From: Candidatus Sulfuricurvum sp. RIFRC-1
GTDB taxonomy: Bacteria > Campylobacterota > Campylobacteria > Campylobacterales > Sulfurimonadaceae
Assembly: GCF_000310245.1 (NCBI RefSeq)
Contig: NC_020505.1
Location: forward strand, 1,016,399 to 1,080,398
DNA: 64,000 nt
Reading direction: 5' to 3'
Shown here: positions 52,183 to 61,779 of the stretch, piece by piece
How the letters are laid out: each line of letters starts with the position of its first letter
How positions within the stretch are numbered: the first letter of the stretch is position 1
Position numbers and translations under genes: made by a program
The notes under the pieces: generated by a model
Told to the model about the DNA's origin: nothing
Seen by the model: only the letters and a program-made list of their open reading frames with translations
Databases searched by the model: none

Positions 52183-53605
52183 AAAAGTGTTGTTTGCTGC
52201 GAGCGAAGTGTATCCTTTTGCAAAAACAGGAGGGTTGGCAGATGTTGCACATGCCCTGCCGCGAGCATTAAAGAACCTTTATGACGTTACGGTCGTGATG
52301 CCGCTTTACAGCATCATTGATCGAAACAAATATAACATTGCCTCTCTGGGAGAGACATTGAATATTTCGATGGGAGGAAAGGAATACACCATTGAACTTT
52401 ACGGTTGCACGGTTGAGGGATATGAATACTATTTTATCTATGAACCGATGTTGTGTGATAGAAAATTCCTCTACGGTACTCCTAAAGCGGGATATGAGGA
52501 TAACGGATTACGCTTCGCCCTTTTTTCGTATGCCATTTTTGCCTTACTTAAGAAAAAACATTATGAGATCCTTCATCTTAATGACTGGCAGTGTGCGCTC
52601 GCGGCGTTACTGGTACATAAGGATCCTGCCCTTTCACCGAAAACCATTTATACGATCCATAATCTGGCCTATCAGGGGATCTTTGATTCGACTATTTTAG
52701 AATCGATCGGTATTGATAAGCGCTATTTTACAATGGGTTCTTTGGAATTTTATGGAAAAGTCAATTTTATGAAGGCAGGGATCGCCTATGCGGATGAGGT
52801 AACCACTGTGAGCCCAACCTACGCTCGGGAAATTTTAACCGGTGAATTTGGATGCGGATTGGAAGGATTTTTGCATTTTCATCACGCAAAGCTCACCGGA
52901 ATTATCAACGGAATCGATACCGATCACTTTGCTCCTGCAACGGATGGGGCATTGATTTCACCTTATAGTGATGCCAAAGGGAAAAAAGCCAATAAGAGTG
53001 ATTTACTTAAAAAATTAGCCCTTCGAGGGATCAATAAGCCTCTTTTTGTTTTTATCGGTCGCTTTACCTCACAAAAAGGTATTGATCTTTTGATTGAAAC
53101 CTTACCGAAAATTGCCGCATTGGATTGTAATATCGCATTATTAGGGGAGGGGGAAGAGCACTATCATGAAGCTTTGGATGTCCTCGCGGCAAGTCATAAA
53201 AACATCCATCTTACCTTTAGATATGATGAAGTATTATCGCATCAAATCTACGCGGCGGCAGACTTTTTATTGATGCCATCTCTTTTTGAGCCGTGCGGCT
53301 TAAATCAAATGATCGCATTCTCGTACGGAACACTTCCGATTGTCCATAGAGTGGGTGGATTGGTCGATACGGTGAAGCGATTGGAAAGTTATCAAGAAGA
53401 TAGTTGTTCCGGTTATGGATTAATATTCAGTACCCCTACCTCCCGTTCTTTACTCAGTGCAGTGAACAAAGGGTGTGAATTATATGAGGATAAAAAACAT
53501 TTTGAACGAATTATCAATCACAATATGAGATGTGACTTTTCCTGGGGAGAAAGCGCCATAGCCTATGGGGCTTTGTATGAGAAAGAGAAGGACATCGATG
53601 CCTAA
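52175..53605 (+). CDS. glgA: Glycogen (starch) synthase, paralogue 1
   Basis: 476 aa with the FAKTGGLADV N-terminal motif and PSLFEPCGLNQM. Confidence 0.9.
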   Translation: MVKKVLFAASEVYPFAKTGGLADVAHALPRALKNLYDVTVVMPLYSIIDRNKYNIASLGETLNISMGGKEYTIELYGCTVEGYEYYFIYEPMLCDRKFLYGTPKAGYEDNGLRFALFSYAIFALLKKKHYEILHLNDWQCALAALLVHKDPALSPKTIYTIHNLAYQGIFDSTILESIGIDKRYFTMGSLEFYGKVNFMKAGIAYADEVTTVSPTYAREILTGEFGCGLEGFLHFHHAKLTGIINGIDTDHFAPATDGALISPYSDAKGKKANKSDLLKKLALRGINKPLFVFIGRFTSQKGIDLLIETLPKIAALDCNIALLGEGEEHYHEALDVLAASHKNIHLTFRYDEVLSHQIYAAADFLLMPSLFEPCGLNQMIAFSYGTLPIVHRVGGLVDTVKRLESYQEDSCSGYGLIFSTPTSRSLLSAVNKGCELYEDKKHFERIINHNMRCDFSWGESAIAYGALYEKEKDIDA

Positions 53606-55070
53606 ACTCAACATTCTTATTGCAGCATCCGAGGTTGTACCGTTTGCGAAAACAGGCGGTTTGGCCGATGTCGCCGGAGCTTTGCCAAAGGCACTTCGCG
53701 CATTAGGACATGATGTTCGGATCGTGATGCCCCGTTACTACATAGTAGATCGTGAAAAATACGGCTTAGAGTTAATGGATGGCGAACTGGGTGTACCGAT
53801 GGGAGTGATGGGTGAAATGTGGGCAGGTGTTTATGAGGGGAGACTTCCTTCTACGGAGGTACCGATTTACTTCATTGATCATGAAGGCTATTTTGGACGC
53901 AGCGGTCTGTATGATGATAATGGAGAGGGATTTCGCGACAATGATAATCGCTTTATTTTCTTTTCGCGCTCTGTGATGCAGCTGGCTAAAAAACTCCAAT
54001 TTCATCCTGATGTGATCCATGCGAACGATTGGCATACATCTGCCATCCCGATGATGCTTAATACTATCTATGCGTATGATCCTGCTTTTGCCCATACCGG
54101 TTCATTGCTTACGATTCATAATCTTCAGCATCAGGGTAAGTTTTACAAAGGGGTGATGGATATTTTAGGGATCGGTTGGGATCATTTTTACGAACTTGAA
54201 GAACATGGGGGTGTTAATCTTCTCAAAGGGGGGATTACACATGCCGATGCGATCAGTACGGTAAGTTCAAAGTATGCTCAAGAGATTCGAACGCAAGAGT
54301 TCGGCTGGGGATTGGAGGGACTTATTGATATTAACTCATATAAATTACATGGAATACTCAACGGTGTTGATTACGAGGAGTGGAGCCCGGCGGTTGATAC
54401 TCTAATTCCGCATACCTTTGATAGTGATGATATGAGTGGTAAAGGGCTTTGTAAAAGTGCCCTTCAACAGACGTTTAACGTACCGCAAAGAGCAGAAGCT
54501 CCTCTCATCGGACTGGTGGGGAGATTGGTTGAGCAAAAGGGGATAGAACTGATTGCCACTTCTATCCATAGACTTTTGGAATTGGACATACAGATCGTCA
54601 TGCTTGGAGCAGGGGAGAAATGGGCTGAACATTATTTTAGTGATATCGCTCGGATGTATCCTGATAAATTCGGCTGTTTTATCGGCTACCGAAACGATCT
54701 GGCACATCAAATCGAAGCGGGAAGCGATCTGTTTTTAATGCCCTCATTGTTTGAGCCGTGCGGATTGAATCAAATCTATTCGCTTCGTTATGGGACTCTT
54801 CCGATCGTACGTGCGACGGGAGGACTCGATGATACGATTGAAAACTATCATAATGACGGAGAGCACGGTACAGGATTTAAATTCTATGACGCGACACCGG
54901 ACGCACTCATCAATACGGTAGGCTGGGCCGTACATACGTGGTACAATGACCGAGACGGGTTTGTGCAGATGCAACGCAATGCGATGTCACAACGCTACGA
55001 TTGGAACGGTGCCGCGAGAGAGTATGAATCGCTTTATCGCCGTATCGTTCACGGAAGAAAAGGGGAATAA
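53598..55070 (+). CDS. glgA: Glycogen (starch) synthase, paralogue 2
   Basis: About 490 aa from the ATG at 53598 (MPKLNILIAASEVVPFAKTGGLADV), with PSLFEPCGLNQI. 8-nt overlap with paralogue 1. Confidence 0.9.
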   Translation: MPKLNILIAASEVVPFAKTGGLADVAGALPKALRALGHDVRIVMPRYYIVDREKYGLELMDGELGVPMGVMGEMWAGVYEGRLPSTEVPIYFIDHEGYFGRSGLYDDNGEGFRDNDNRFIFFSRSVMQLAKKLQFHPDVIHANDWHTSAIPMMLNTIYAYDPAFAHTGSLLTIHNLQHQGKFYKGVMDILGIGWDHFYELEEHGGVNLLKGGITHADAISTVSSKYAQEIRTQEFGWGLEGLIDINSYKLHGILNGVDYEEWSPAVDTLIPHTFDSDDMSGKGLCKSALQQTFNVPQRAEAPLIGLVGRLVEQKGIELIATSIHRLLELDIQIVMLGAGEKWAEHYFSDIARMYPDKFGCFIGYRNDLAHQIEAGSDLFLMPSLFEPCGLNQIYSLRYGTLPIVRATGGLDDTIENYHNDGEHGTGFKFYDATPDALINTVGWAVHTWYNDRDGFVQMQRNAMSQRYDWNGAAREYESLYRRIVHGRKGE

Positions 55071-57025
55071 TGTATCATACAATGAGCTATGAGGTTTCAC
55101 GTCTGAGTGAAATGGATATTTACCTCTTTAAGCAAGGAACACACTCAAAGCTCTACAATAAATTGGGTTCTCATGCGATGGAGCATAAAGGAAAGAGAGG
55201 TATCTATTTCGCTGTGTGGGCACCCAATGCGAAGTATGTCAGTGTACGGGGCGATTTTAATGATTACAGCACGGATACTCACCCTCTGCGTTTGCGTCAG
55301 GATGATTCGGGAATTTGGGAAGGTTTTATTGAAGGGGTAGAACAGGGTCTTACCTATAAATACCAAATCGTATCCAAGTTTCATAATATCGTCCACGATA
55401 AAAGTGATCCGTTCGGATTTTATGCCGAAGTGCCTCCGAAATCGGCATCGCGTGTCTGGAGTTTAGAGAACTACGAATGGTACGATAACAACTGGATGAA
55501 ATCGCGGTATAAGAATAATGCGCATAATGCTCCGATTAGCGTCTATGAAGTTCATTTGGGTTCATGGCGAAGGCACGTAGAGGAGGGGGACCGTTATCTC
55601 ACTTACCGTGAACTGGCCGTTGAACTCGTAGCGTATCTCAATGAGATGAACTATACCCATGTTGAGTTTATGCCCCTTACCGAATATCCGTTTTTTGGAT
55701 CGTGGGGATATCAGGTCGTCGGATATTTCGCCGCTACGGCACGGTTTGGAACGCCGCAGGATTTGATGTATTTGATTGATACGCTTCATCAAAACGGGGT
55801 TGGTGTTATTATGGACTGGGTACCGTCTCATTTTGCTGTCGATATGCACGGACTGATCAACTTTGATGGAACGGCACTTTATGAACATGATGATCCGCGT
55901 CAGGGATACCACCCAGAATGGGGAAGCATTATTTTTAACTACGGACGCAATGAGGTCCAGTCGTTTTTGATCAGCTCTGCGATGTTTTGGGTGGATAAAT
56001 ATCATATCGACGGTATCCGTGTGGATGCGGTTGCTTCGATGCTTTATCTCAACTACGCACGTAAAGAAGGTGAATGGATCCCCAACAAATACGGCGGAAA
56101 TGAGAATTTGGAGGCGATCGAGTTTTTGAAAAAACTCAATACCAGTGTCTATGGTGCATTCCCTGACATACTGATGATTGCTGAAGAATCGACCGCTTAT
56201 CCGATGGTAACACGCCCAGTAGATTCCGGTGGCCTTGGATTTGGGTTTAAGTGGAATATGGGCTGGATGCACGATTCGCTCAAATACATGAATTACGATC
56301 CGCTGTACCGTCAGCACCACCACCATCAGCTTACCTTTAGTATGTGGTATGGATTTGACGAGAATTTTATGTTGCCGCTGAGTCACGATGAGGTCGTCCA
56401 CATGAAAGGTTCTCTGATTAATAAAATGCCCGGAGATACCAATCAGAAATTTGCAAACCTGCGCTCCTTGTACGCTTATATGATGTCACATCCGGGTAAG
56501 AAACTCCTCTTTATGGGGGGAGAAATTGCCCAATACGCCGAATGGAATTTTGAACGCTCACTTGATTGGCACTTGAGCGATTTTCCTCTCCATTCGGGTC
56601 TGCAAAAAATGATTGCTGCCCTGAATCAACTCTATCGCGATGAGCGGGCTTTACATCTATATGATGAGAAACGAGAAGGGTTCGAGTGGATCGATGATCG
56701 TGATTACAGCCATAACTGCTTGGCATACGTTCGAAAAAGCGATAATCCGGCGGATACTATCTATGTCGTGTGCAACTTTGCCGATGCTACGAGAGAAAAT
56801 TATAAAATGGGCATTTTGGAGAGCGGAGAATATGTTGAGATTTTCAACTCCCAATCAACGCAGTATGAGGGATGGAATATCGGCAATAGTACTCCGATAA
56901 AGAGTATTCACGAAGAGATGCACGGACGTCCGTTTTCACTTACTTTAACGCTCCCTCCGCTGGGAGTGATATTTTTAAAACAAAGAGAAACCAAACCCTT
57001 GGTACAATTAGAAAAACCGGTATAA
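55070..57025 (+). CDS. glgB: 1,4-alpha-glucan branching enzyme (GH13)
   Basis: 651 aa with GH13 regions (DWVPSHF, GIRVDAVASM, AEESTA, LSHDEV). 1-nt overlap with glgA2. Confidence 0.95.
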   Translation: MYHTMSYEVSRLSEMDIYLFKQGTHSKLYNKLGSHAMEHKGKRGIYFAVWAPNAKYVSVRGDFNDYSTDTHPLRLRQDDSGIWEGFIEGVEQGLTYKYQIVSKFHNIVHDKSDPFGFYAEVPPKSASRVWSLENYEWYDNNWMKSRYKNNAHNAPISVYEVHLGSWRRHVEEGDRYLTYRELAVELVAYLNEMNYTHVEFMPLTEYPFFGSWGYQVVGYFAATARFGTPQDLMYLIDTLHQNGVGVIMDWVPSHFAVDMHGLINFDGTALYEHDDPRQGYHPEWGSIIFNYGRNEVQSFLISSAMFWVDKYHIDGIRVDAVASMLYLNYARKEGEWIPNKYGGNENLEAIEFLKKLNTSVYGAFPDILMIAEESTAYPMVTRPVDSGGLGFGFKWNMGWMHDSLKYMNYDPLYRQHHHHQLTFSMWYGFDENFMLPLSHDEVVHMKGSLINKMPGDTNQKFANLRSLYAYMMSHPGKKLLFMGGEIAQYAEWNFERSLDWHLSDFPLHSGLQKMIAALNQLYRDERALHLYDEKREGFEWIDDRDYSHNCLAYVRKSDNPADTIYVVCNFADATRENYKMGILESGEYVEIFNSQSTQYEGWNIGNSTPIKSIHEEMHGRPFSLTLTLPPLGVIFLKQRETKPLVQLEKPV

Positions 57026-57035
57026 AGAGAGCGAT

Positions 57036-58679
57036 ATGATTTTACATGACTATGAATTTGATTCGAAATACGCTACCCGTGTTGCTTATTTTTCGATGGA
57101 GTTTGCTATCCATCAGGCCCTCAAAGTTTATTCGGGTGGTTTAGGTTTTTTGTCAGGATCGCACATGAGAAGTGCGTATGATCTACGTCAAAATGTTGTC
57201 GGTGTCGGTATCTTATGGAGTTTTGGTTATTACGATCAGTCACGACATGAAGATCGAAGTTTGGAAACCGAATTTATCCGTAAACATTACTATTTTCTTG
57301 AAGACCTCGGGGTTCGTGCAACGGTTAACATCCACTCTCAGGATGTCCATATTAAAGCCTTTTATTTACCGCCGAATGTCTTTAGTTCTGCACCGATTAT
57401 CCTCCTCTCTACCGACATTCCCGAAAATGACTTTTTGGCACGTACCATTACCCATAAACTTTATGATGCCAACGAAGAGACCCGTATTTCCCAAGAAGTC
57501 GTATTGGGGATCGGCGGGATAAAAGTTCTGGAAGCCTTGAAGCAAACAATTGATATTTTTCACATGAATGAAGGACATGCACTCCCTCTTGTTTATGAAT
57601 TGTATGCGAAATATCAAAATATGGACGAGGTCAAAAAGAGGGTAGTATTTACCACCCATACCCCTGAAGATGCCGGTAATGAGCAGCACAATATTTATTT
57701 GCTCCATAAATTCGGATTTTTTAACGGGTTAACTTTAGAGACGGTTCGCACCATTATGAAAATGGAACATGAAGATAATTTTAACCTCACCGTCGGAGCA
57801 TTGCGTTCATCGAAGATTACCAACGCCGTATCGAAAATGCACGGAGAAGTGGCCAATCGGATGTGGAAAGATTGTGAAGGAAGTTCGGAAATCATTTATA
57901 TTACCAATGCTCAGAACCGTCGTTTCTGGACTGATAACGGGATGCTGTCTGCACTTGATGAACACGAAGACTATGCCCTTATCGGGCGTAAAAAACACCT
58001 TAAACGAGAACTTTTCAACGTCGTAGCTGATCAGACGGGAAAAATGTTTAATCCTGATATTTTGACGGTTGTTTGGGCACGACGTTTTGCCGAATACAAA
58101 CGCCCCGGGCTTCTAAAACACGATTTTGCCCGATTCAAAAAACTTTTGGAACGGACCGATAAACCGATTCAGGTGATATGGGCGGGGAAACCGTATCCGT
58201 TTGATACCAATGCGGTAAATGCTTTTAATGAATTGATCTACATCAGCCATGGGATCAAAAACATGGCAGTTCTCGTCGGCTATGAACTCGAACTCTCTCG
58301 AATCTTGAAAAAAGGGTCTGACATTTGGCTCAATACCCCGCGTGTTTCACGTGAAGCGAGCGGAACGAGCGGGATGACAGCGAGTATGAATGGCTCTATA
58401 CACTTCTCCACAGAAGACGGATGGCATCCTGAATTTGCGAAAAACGGTATTAATGCGTTTACGATACCACCGATCGATCACAGTACACCGATTGAGGTTC
58501 AAGATAGCGAAGACAACAAAAACATGATGGACATTTTGGAGAATGAGATTATTCCGATGTATTACGATCATCCTGAACAGTGGACACAGATTGTAAAAAC
58601 TGCCATGTCTGATGTGATTCCGGCATTTGACTCGGGAAGAATGGTGCACGAATATTACGTGCAAATGTACAATCACTAA
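57036..58679 (+). CDS. glgP: Short GT35 alpha-glucan phosphorylase family protein (PLP-Lys position is Thr)
   Basis: 547 aa with the blocks FSMEF...YSGGLGFLSG, FTTHTPEDAGNE, FAEYKRP and EASGTSGMTASMNG. Confidence 0.75.
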   Translation: MILHDYEFDSKYATRVAYFSMEFAIHQALKVYSGGLGFLSGSHMRSAYDLRQNVVGVGILWSFGYYDQSRHEDRSLETEFIRKHYYFLEDLGVRATVNIHSQDVHIKAFYLPPNVFSSAPIILLSTDIPENDFLARTITHKLYDANEETRISQEVVLGIGGIKVLEALKQTIDIFHMNEGHALPLVYELYAKYQNMDEVKKRVVFTTHTPEDAGNEQHNIYLLHKFGFFNGLTLETVRTIMKMEHEDNFNLTVGALRSSKITNAVSKMHGEVANRMWKDCEGSSEIIYITNAQNRRFWTDNGMLSALDEHEDYALIGRKKHLKRELFNVVADQTGKMFNPDILTVVWARRFAEYKRPGLLKHDFARFKKLLERTDKPIQVIWAGKPYPFDTNAVNAFNELIYISHGIKNMAVLVGYELELSRILKKGSDIWLNTPRVSREASGTSGMTASMNGSIHFSTEDGWHPEFAKNGINAFTIPPIDHSTPIEVQDSEDNKNMMDILENEIIPMYYDHPEQWTQIVKTAMSDVIPAFDSGRMVHEYYVQMYNH

Positions 58680-58749
58680 TGAGAAATATTTTATTGTTTT
58701 TACACTAAAATAATAGTCATGGATGATTAAATTTATAAAGTGAGCCTAT

Positions 58750-60126
58750 ATGATTAAGATAATAAACAGTGAAGAGTTCTCCTATTTTTTACGCGTCCAC
58801 CGTAATGAAATTATAAAAATTTGGATGAATCAAAATGAGGTTAAAAATGTGCTTCATAGGCACTCTCTACCTATTGTCGAAAAAAATACTCACCTTTTTT
58901 ATCAGTTTTGTGATTGCTATATCAGTGTAATTGAATGGCGAGCAACTGTTTCAGAATGCCAAATAAAGATTGAATTTTTACAATTATTAAATAATTATAA
59001 TGTGACTGTATCCGATCTTTTTACCTTGATCCTAAAACTCAAAAATGCGATTGAACAGATCATTTTTGAAAATGGAAACCTTTCGTTTGCCCTGCAAAGT
59101 GAAATTGATTCTCTTACATTGCAGATGGCCAATGATTTGGCATCCAATTTTGAGACGATTATAAGCAGTAACCGTAATTATAAAAGTGAAAACTCTAATC
59201 TTTTAGCAGAGTATAAAAAAGCGGTCGATTTGAGCAATATCGTCTCAAAAACCAATCCGAAAGGGGTTATTACTTATGTCAATGATAAATTTTGTGAGAT
59301 ATCCGGTTACACGAGAGATGAACTCGTAGGAAAACCGCACAATATTATTCGACACCCCGATATGCCCAGAGAAGCGTTTAAAGATTTATGGGACACGATC
59401 AAAGCAAAAAAAAGTTGGAACGGTGTTGTCACCAATATGAAAAAAGACGGAAGTCAGTATATCGTCGATACGACGGTTATCCCGATTCTGGATGTGGATG
59501 GAGACGTTATAGAATACATAGCCATCCGACACAATATTACTGAGCTCGAAGAGACTAAACAGCAATTGCGAAATATCAATAAAGCGATGAAAAACAAGGT
59601 AGATGAACTCTATTCCATGACGAATACATTGGAGCAAAAAGCGTACAAAGACAATCTTACCGGAATCAACAACCGAGAAAATTTTGAAGATATTTTTAGC
59701 ATAGAGATTGCAAATTCAAAGCTCAACAATATTGCATTAAGTTTGATTATTTTTGATGTTGATAATTTTAAACTGGTTAATGATACATATGGACATCAAG
59801 CCGGCGATATATTGCTCCAGGATATGGTTCATCTTATTGAAAATAATATTAAAAACGGAGATATCTTTGCACGATGGGGCGGAGAAGAATTTGTTATTTT
59901 GACCCCTGCGACAGAGATTAACGGTGCGTATAATTTAGCCGAAAATCTACGTAAATTGGTTCAATCATATGTATTTAAGTATGTCGAAAATAATTTAACG
60001 CTCAGTTTCGGGATCGCGCAGCTCTCCAGCGAAGATACCAAAAAAACCCTTTTTGAAAAATCGGATAAAGCACTTTATGAAGCTAAAAAGAATGGTAGAA
60101 ACAGAACAGAGATCTATAATGTTTAA
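58750..60126 (+). CDS. PAS-GGDEF diguanylate cyclase
   Basis: 458 aa. The PAS core (GVITYVNDKFCEISGYTRDELVGKPHNIIRHPDMP) is followed by a coiled coil and a GGDEF domain with RWGGEEF. Confidence 0.85.
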   Translation: MIKIINSEEFSYFLRVHRNEIIKIWMNQNEVKNVLHRHSLPIVEKNTHLFYQFCDCYISVIEWRATVSECQIKIEFLQLLNNYNVTVSDLFTLILKLKNAIEQIIFENGNLSFALQSEIDSLTLQMANDLASNFETIISSNRNYKSENSNLLAEYKKAVDLSNIVSKTNPKGVITYVNDKFCEISGYTRDELVGKPHNIIRHPDMPREAFKDLWDTIKAKKSWNGVVTNMKKDGSQYIVDTTVIPILDVDGDVIEYIAIRHNITELEETKQQLRNINKAMKNKVDELYSMTNTLEQKAYKDNLTGINNRENFEDIFSIEIANSKLNNIALSLIIFDVDNFKLVNDTYGHQAGDILLQDMVHLIENNIKNGDIFARWGGEEFVILTPATEINGAYNLAENLRKLVQSYVFKYVENNLTLSFGIAQLSSEDTKKTLFEKSDKALYEAKKNGRNRTEIYNV

Positions 60127-60149
60127 ACCTATAAGATCAATATTTTAGA

Positions 60150-61589
60150 TTACTTCCACTGAAAACTTGGATTGTAAAGGAGTTTGTTTTTACGAAATAT
60201 CAAATCCATTTGGGCAAAAATCGTTGTCAGGATTTTGATCGTTTCAAGAGCATAATCTCCTTTGTTTAACATCACACATTCGGCTTTATGGGCAAAAGCG
60301 ACATCAGAGATTTCGGCACGGCTTGGGATATTGGTTTTCATTTTGCTCTCTAGCACTTGGGTAGCCAGAATTACAGGTATATGAGCCGCTGTACAGAGAT
60401 CAAGAATCTCTTCTTGCATATAGGCCAAATTTTCAAATCCGATTTCGATCGCCAGATCTCCTCGTGCGATCATGATTCCCGAATTGCCGTATTGAATGAG
60501 TGTTTCGAGTATGGAAGGGAGGTTTTGTACCCCCTTTTTGGTTTCGATTTTTGCAACGATCGCTATTTGCCCTTTTTTCCCTAAGTGTTCTAACTCTTGA
60601 ATGAGATCGGTAATATCTTCTGGAGTTTGGGTGAAGGAGATACCGATAATATCGGCGTATTCAACAATATGGGGTAAAACTTCTCGATCATAATCGCAGA
60701 TGGCATGAATCGCAATATCGCTGTTGGGAAAATTGATCCCTTTTTCATCCTTGATTTTACTCCCCTCATCATTGCGGGTTAAAACAGTACAAATGATATC
60801 TTCGCCGAGGATTTCATCAATAATGAGCTGGATTTTTCCATCATCCAAAAAGAGGGGATCACCGACATTGACCATACTTCCTATTTTACTCAAACTGCAT
60901 CCTACAACAGCATCATAGTGTTTTGATTTTTTCTCTGTAAGCGATGAACCGGTTGAATGGATTAATACTTTATTGCCGTAAAAAACCTTGATTTTTTTCG
61001 GTTTCTCCGATTTTTTTATTTTTTCGAGAGAAGTTCTGATTTTAGGACCCGCGAGATCGACGTAGATTTTTAAATCTTTATCTTCACACGATGCCTTTTT
61101 GATCCCCTTCGCCATCTCGTTCCATGCCGCTGGATTATCATGTGCCGTATTAATTCGAAAGAGGTGAACCCCTTCATGTGAGAGATCGCTAAACCAATTC
61201 TCATCATATTCTGAGGGGACGGTGATCATAATCTTGGTTTTATCACTGGAGGTTGAAAAAATCTGGGCATTTTTATCCATGATCTGATGAGAGGCTTCAT
61301 AACTTAGATGTGCGGCTTGAATAGGGAGTTTTTTCCCCAACGCGCGGGAGAGTATCTCAAGGGCAACATTAACACTTGCTTCTATATGTGCTTGTGATCG
61401 GCCAAATGAAGATAGACCAACTTTGGTGAGATCATCTTGTAGATGCGAGAAGTCGTATTTGCGCAGGTTGAGATAGTGGTGCATATTGAGTAAAGAGGGA
61501 TTGTTTTTTTTAGGATTTATGCCGAGTCTCATTTTCTCGTTTAAATCCAGTAATTTTTCAAATATTTCTGCTAACATTTTTTTTTCCAT
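60150..61589 (-). CDS. pyk: Atypical pyruvate kinase (N-terminal extension, no C-terminal allosteric domain)
   Basis: 479 aa. PK blocks begin near residue 117 (KTKIMITVPSE, FRINTAHD, DLAGPKIRT, VAKIETKKG, MIARGDLAIEIG, ATQVLESK, PSRAEISDVAFA). The protein ends just after the A-domain. Confidence 0.7.
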   Translation of the reverse strand: MEKKMLAEIFEKLLDLNEKMRLGINPKKNNPSLLNMHHYLNLRKYDFSHLQDDLTKVGLSSFGRSQAHIEASVNVALEILSRALGKKLPIQAAHLSYEASHQIMDKNAQIFSTSSDKTKIMITVPSEYDENWFSDLSHEGVHLFRINTAHDNPAAWNEMAKGIKKASCEDKDLKIYVDLAGPKIRTSLEKIKKSEKPKKIKVFYGNKVLIHSTGSSLTEKKSKHYDAVVGCSLSKIGSMVNVGDPLFLDDGKIQLIIDEILGEDIICTVLTRNDEGSKIKDEKGINFPNSDIAIHAICDYDREVLPHIVEYADIIGISFTQTPEDITDLIQELEHLGKKGQIAIVAKIETKKGVQNLPSILETLIQYGNSGIMIARGDLAIEIGFENLAYMQEEILDLCTAAHIPVILATQVLESKMKTNIPSRAEISDVAFAHKAECVMLNKGDYALETIKILTTIFAQMDLIFRKNKLLYNPSFQWK

Positions 61590-61779
61590 TTTTTTCTCCC
61601 TTTTAAGATCCTATAGGCAAATAATATAATACGACAGAAAGATTACAACTTTATATTTTATGCAAAATATTCAGCAGATAGAGTGAAAAATCCCAACTTT
61701 ATCGTCATTAACATACAGATTCAATGTAACCTTTTTAGTATACAATCTATATAGGATATTTAACTTAGGGAGTGTGTCT

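Noticed and set aside
55562-56401. 279-aa ORF antisense to glgB.
   Set aside because: It lies fully within, and opposite to, a confidently identified GH13 branching enzyme. The translation is low-complexity with no motifs and there is no RBS context.
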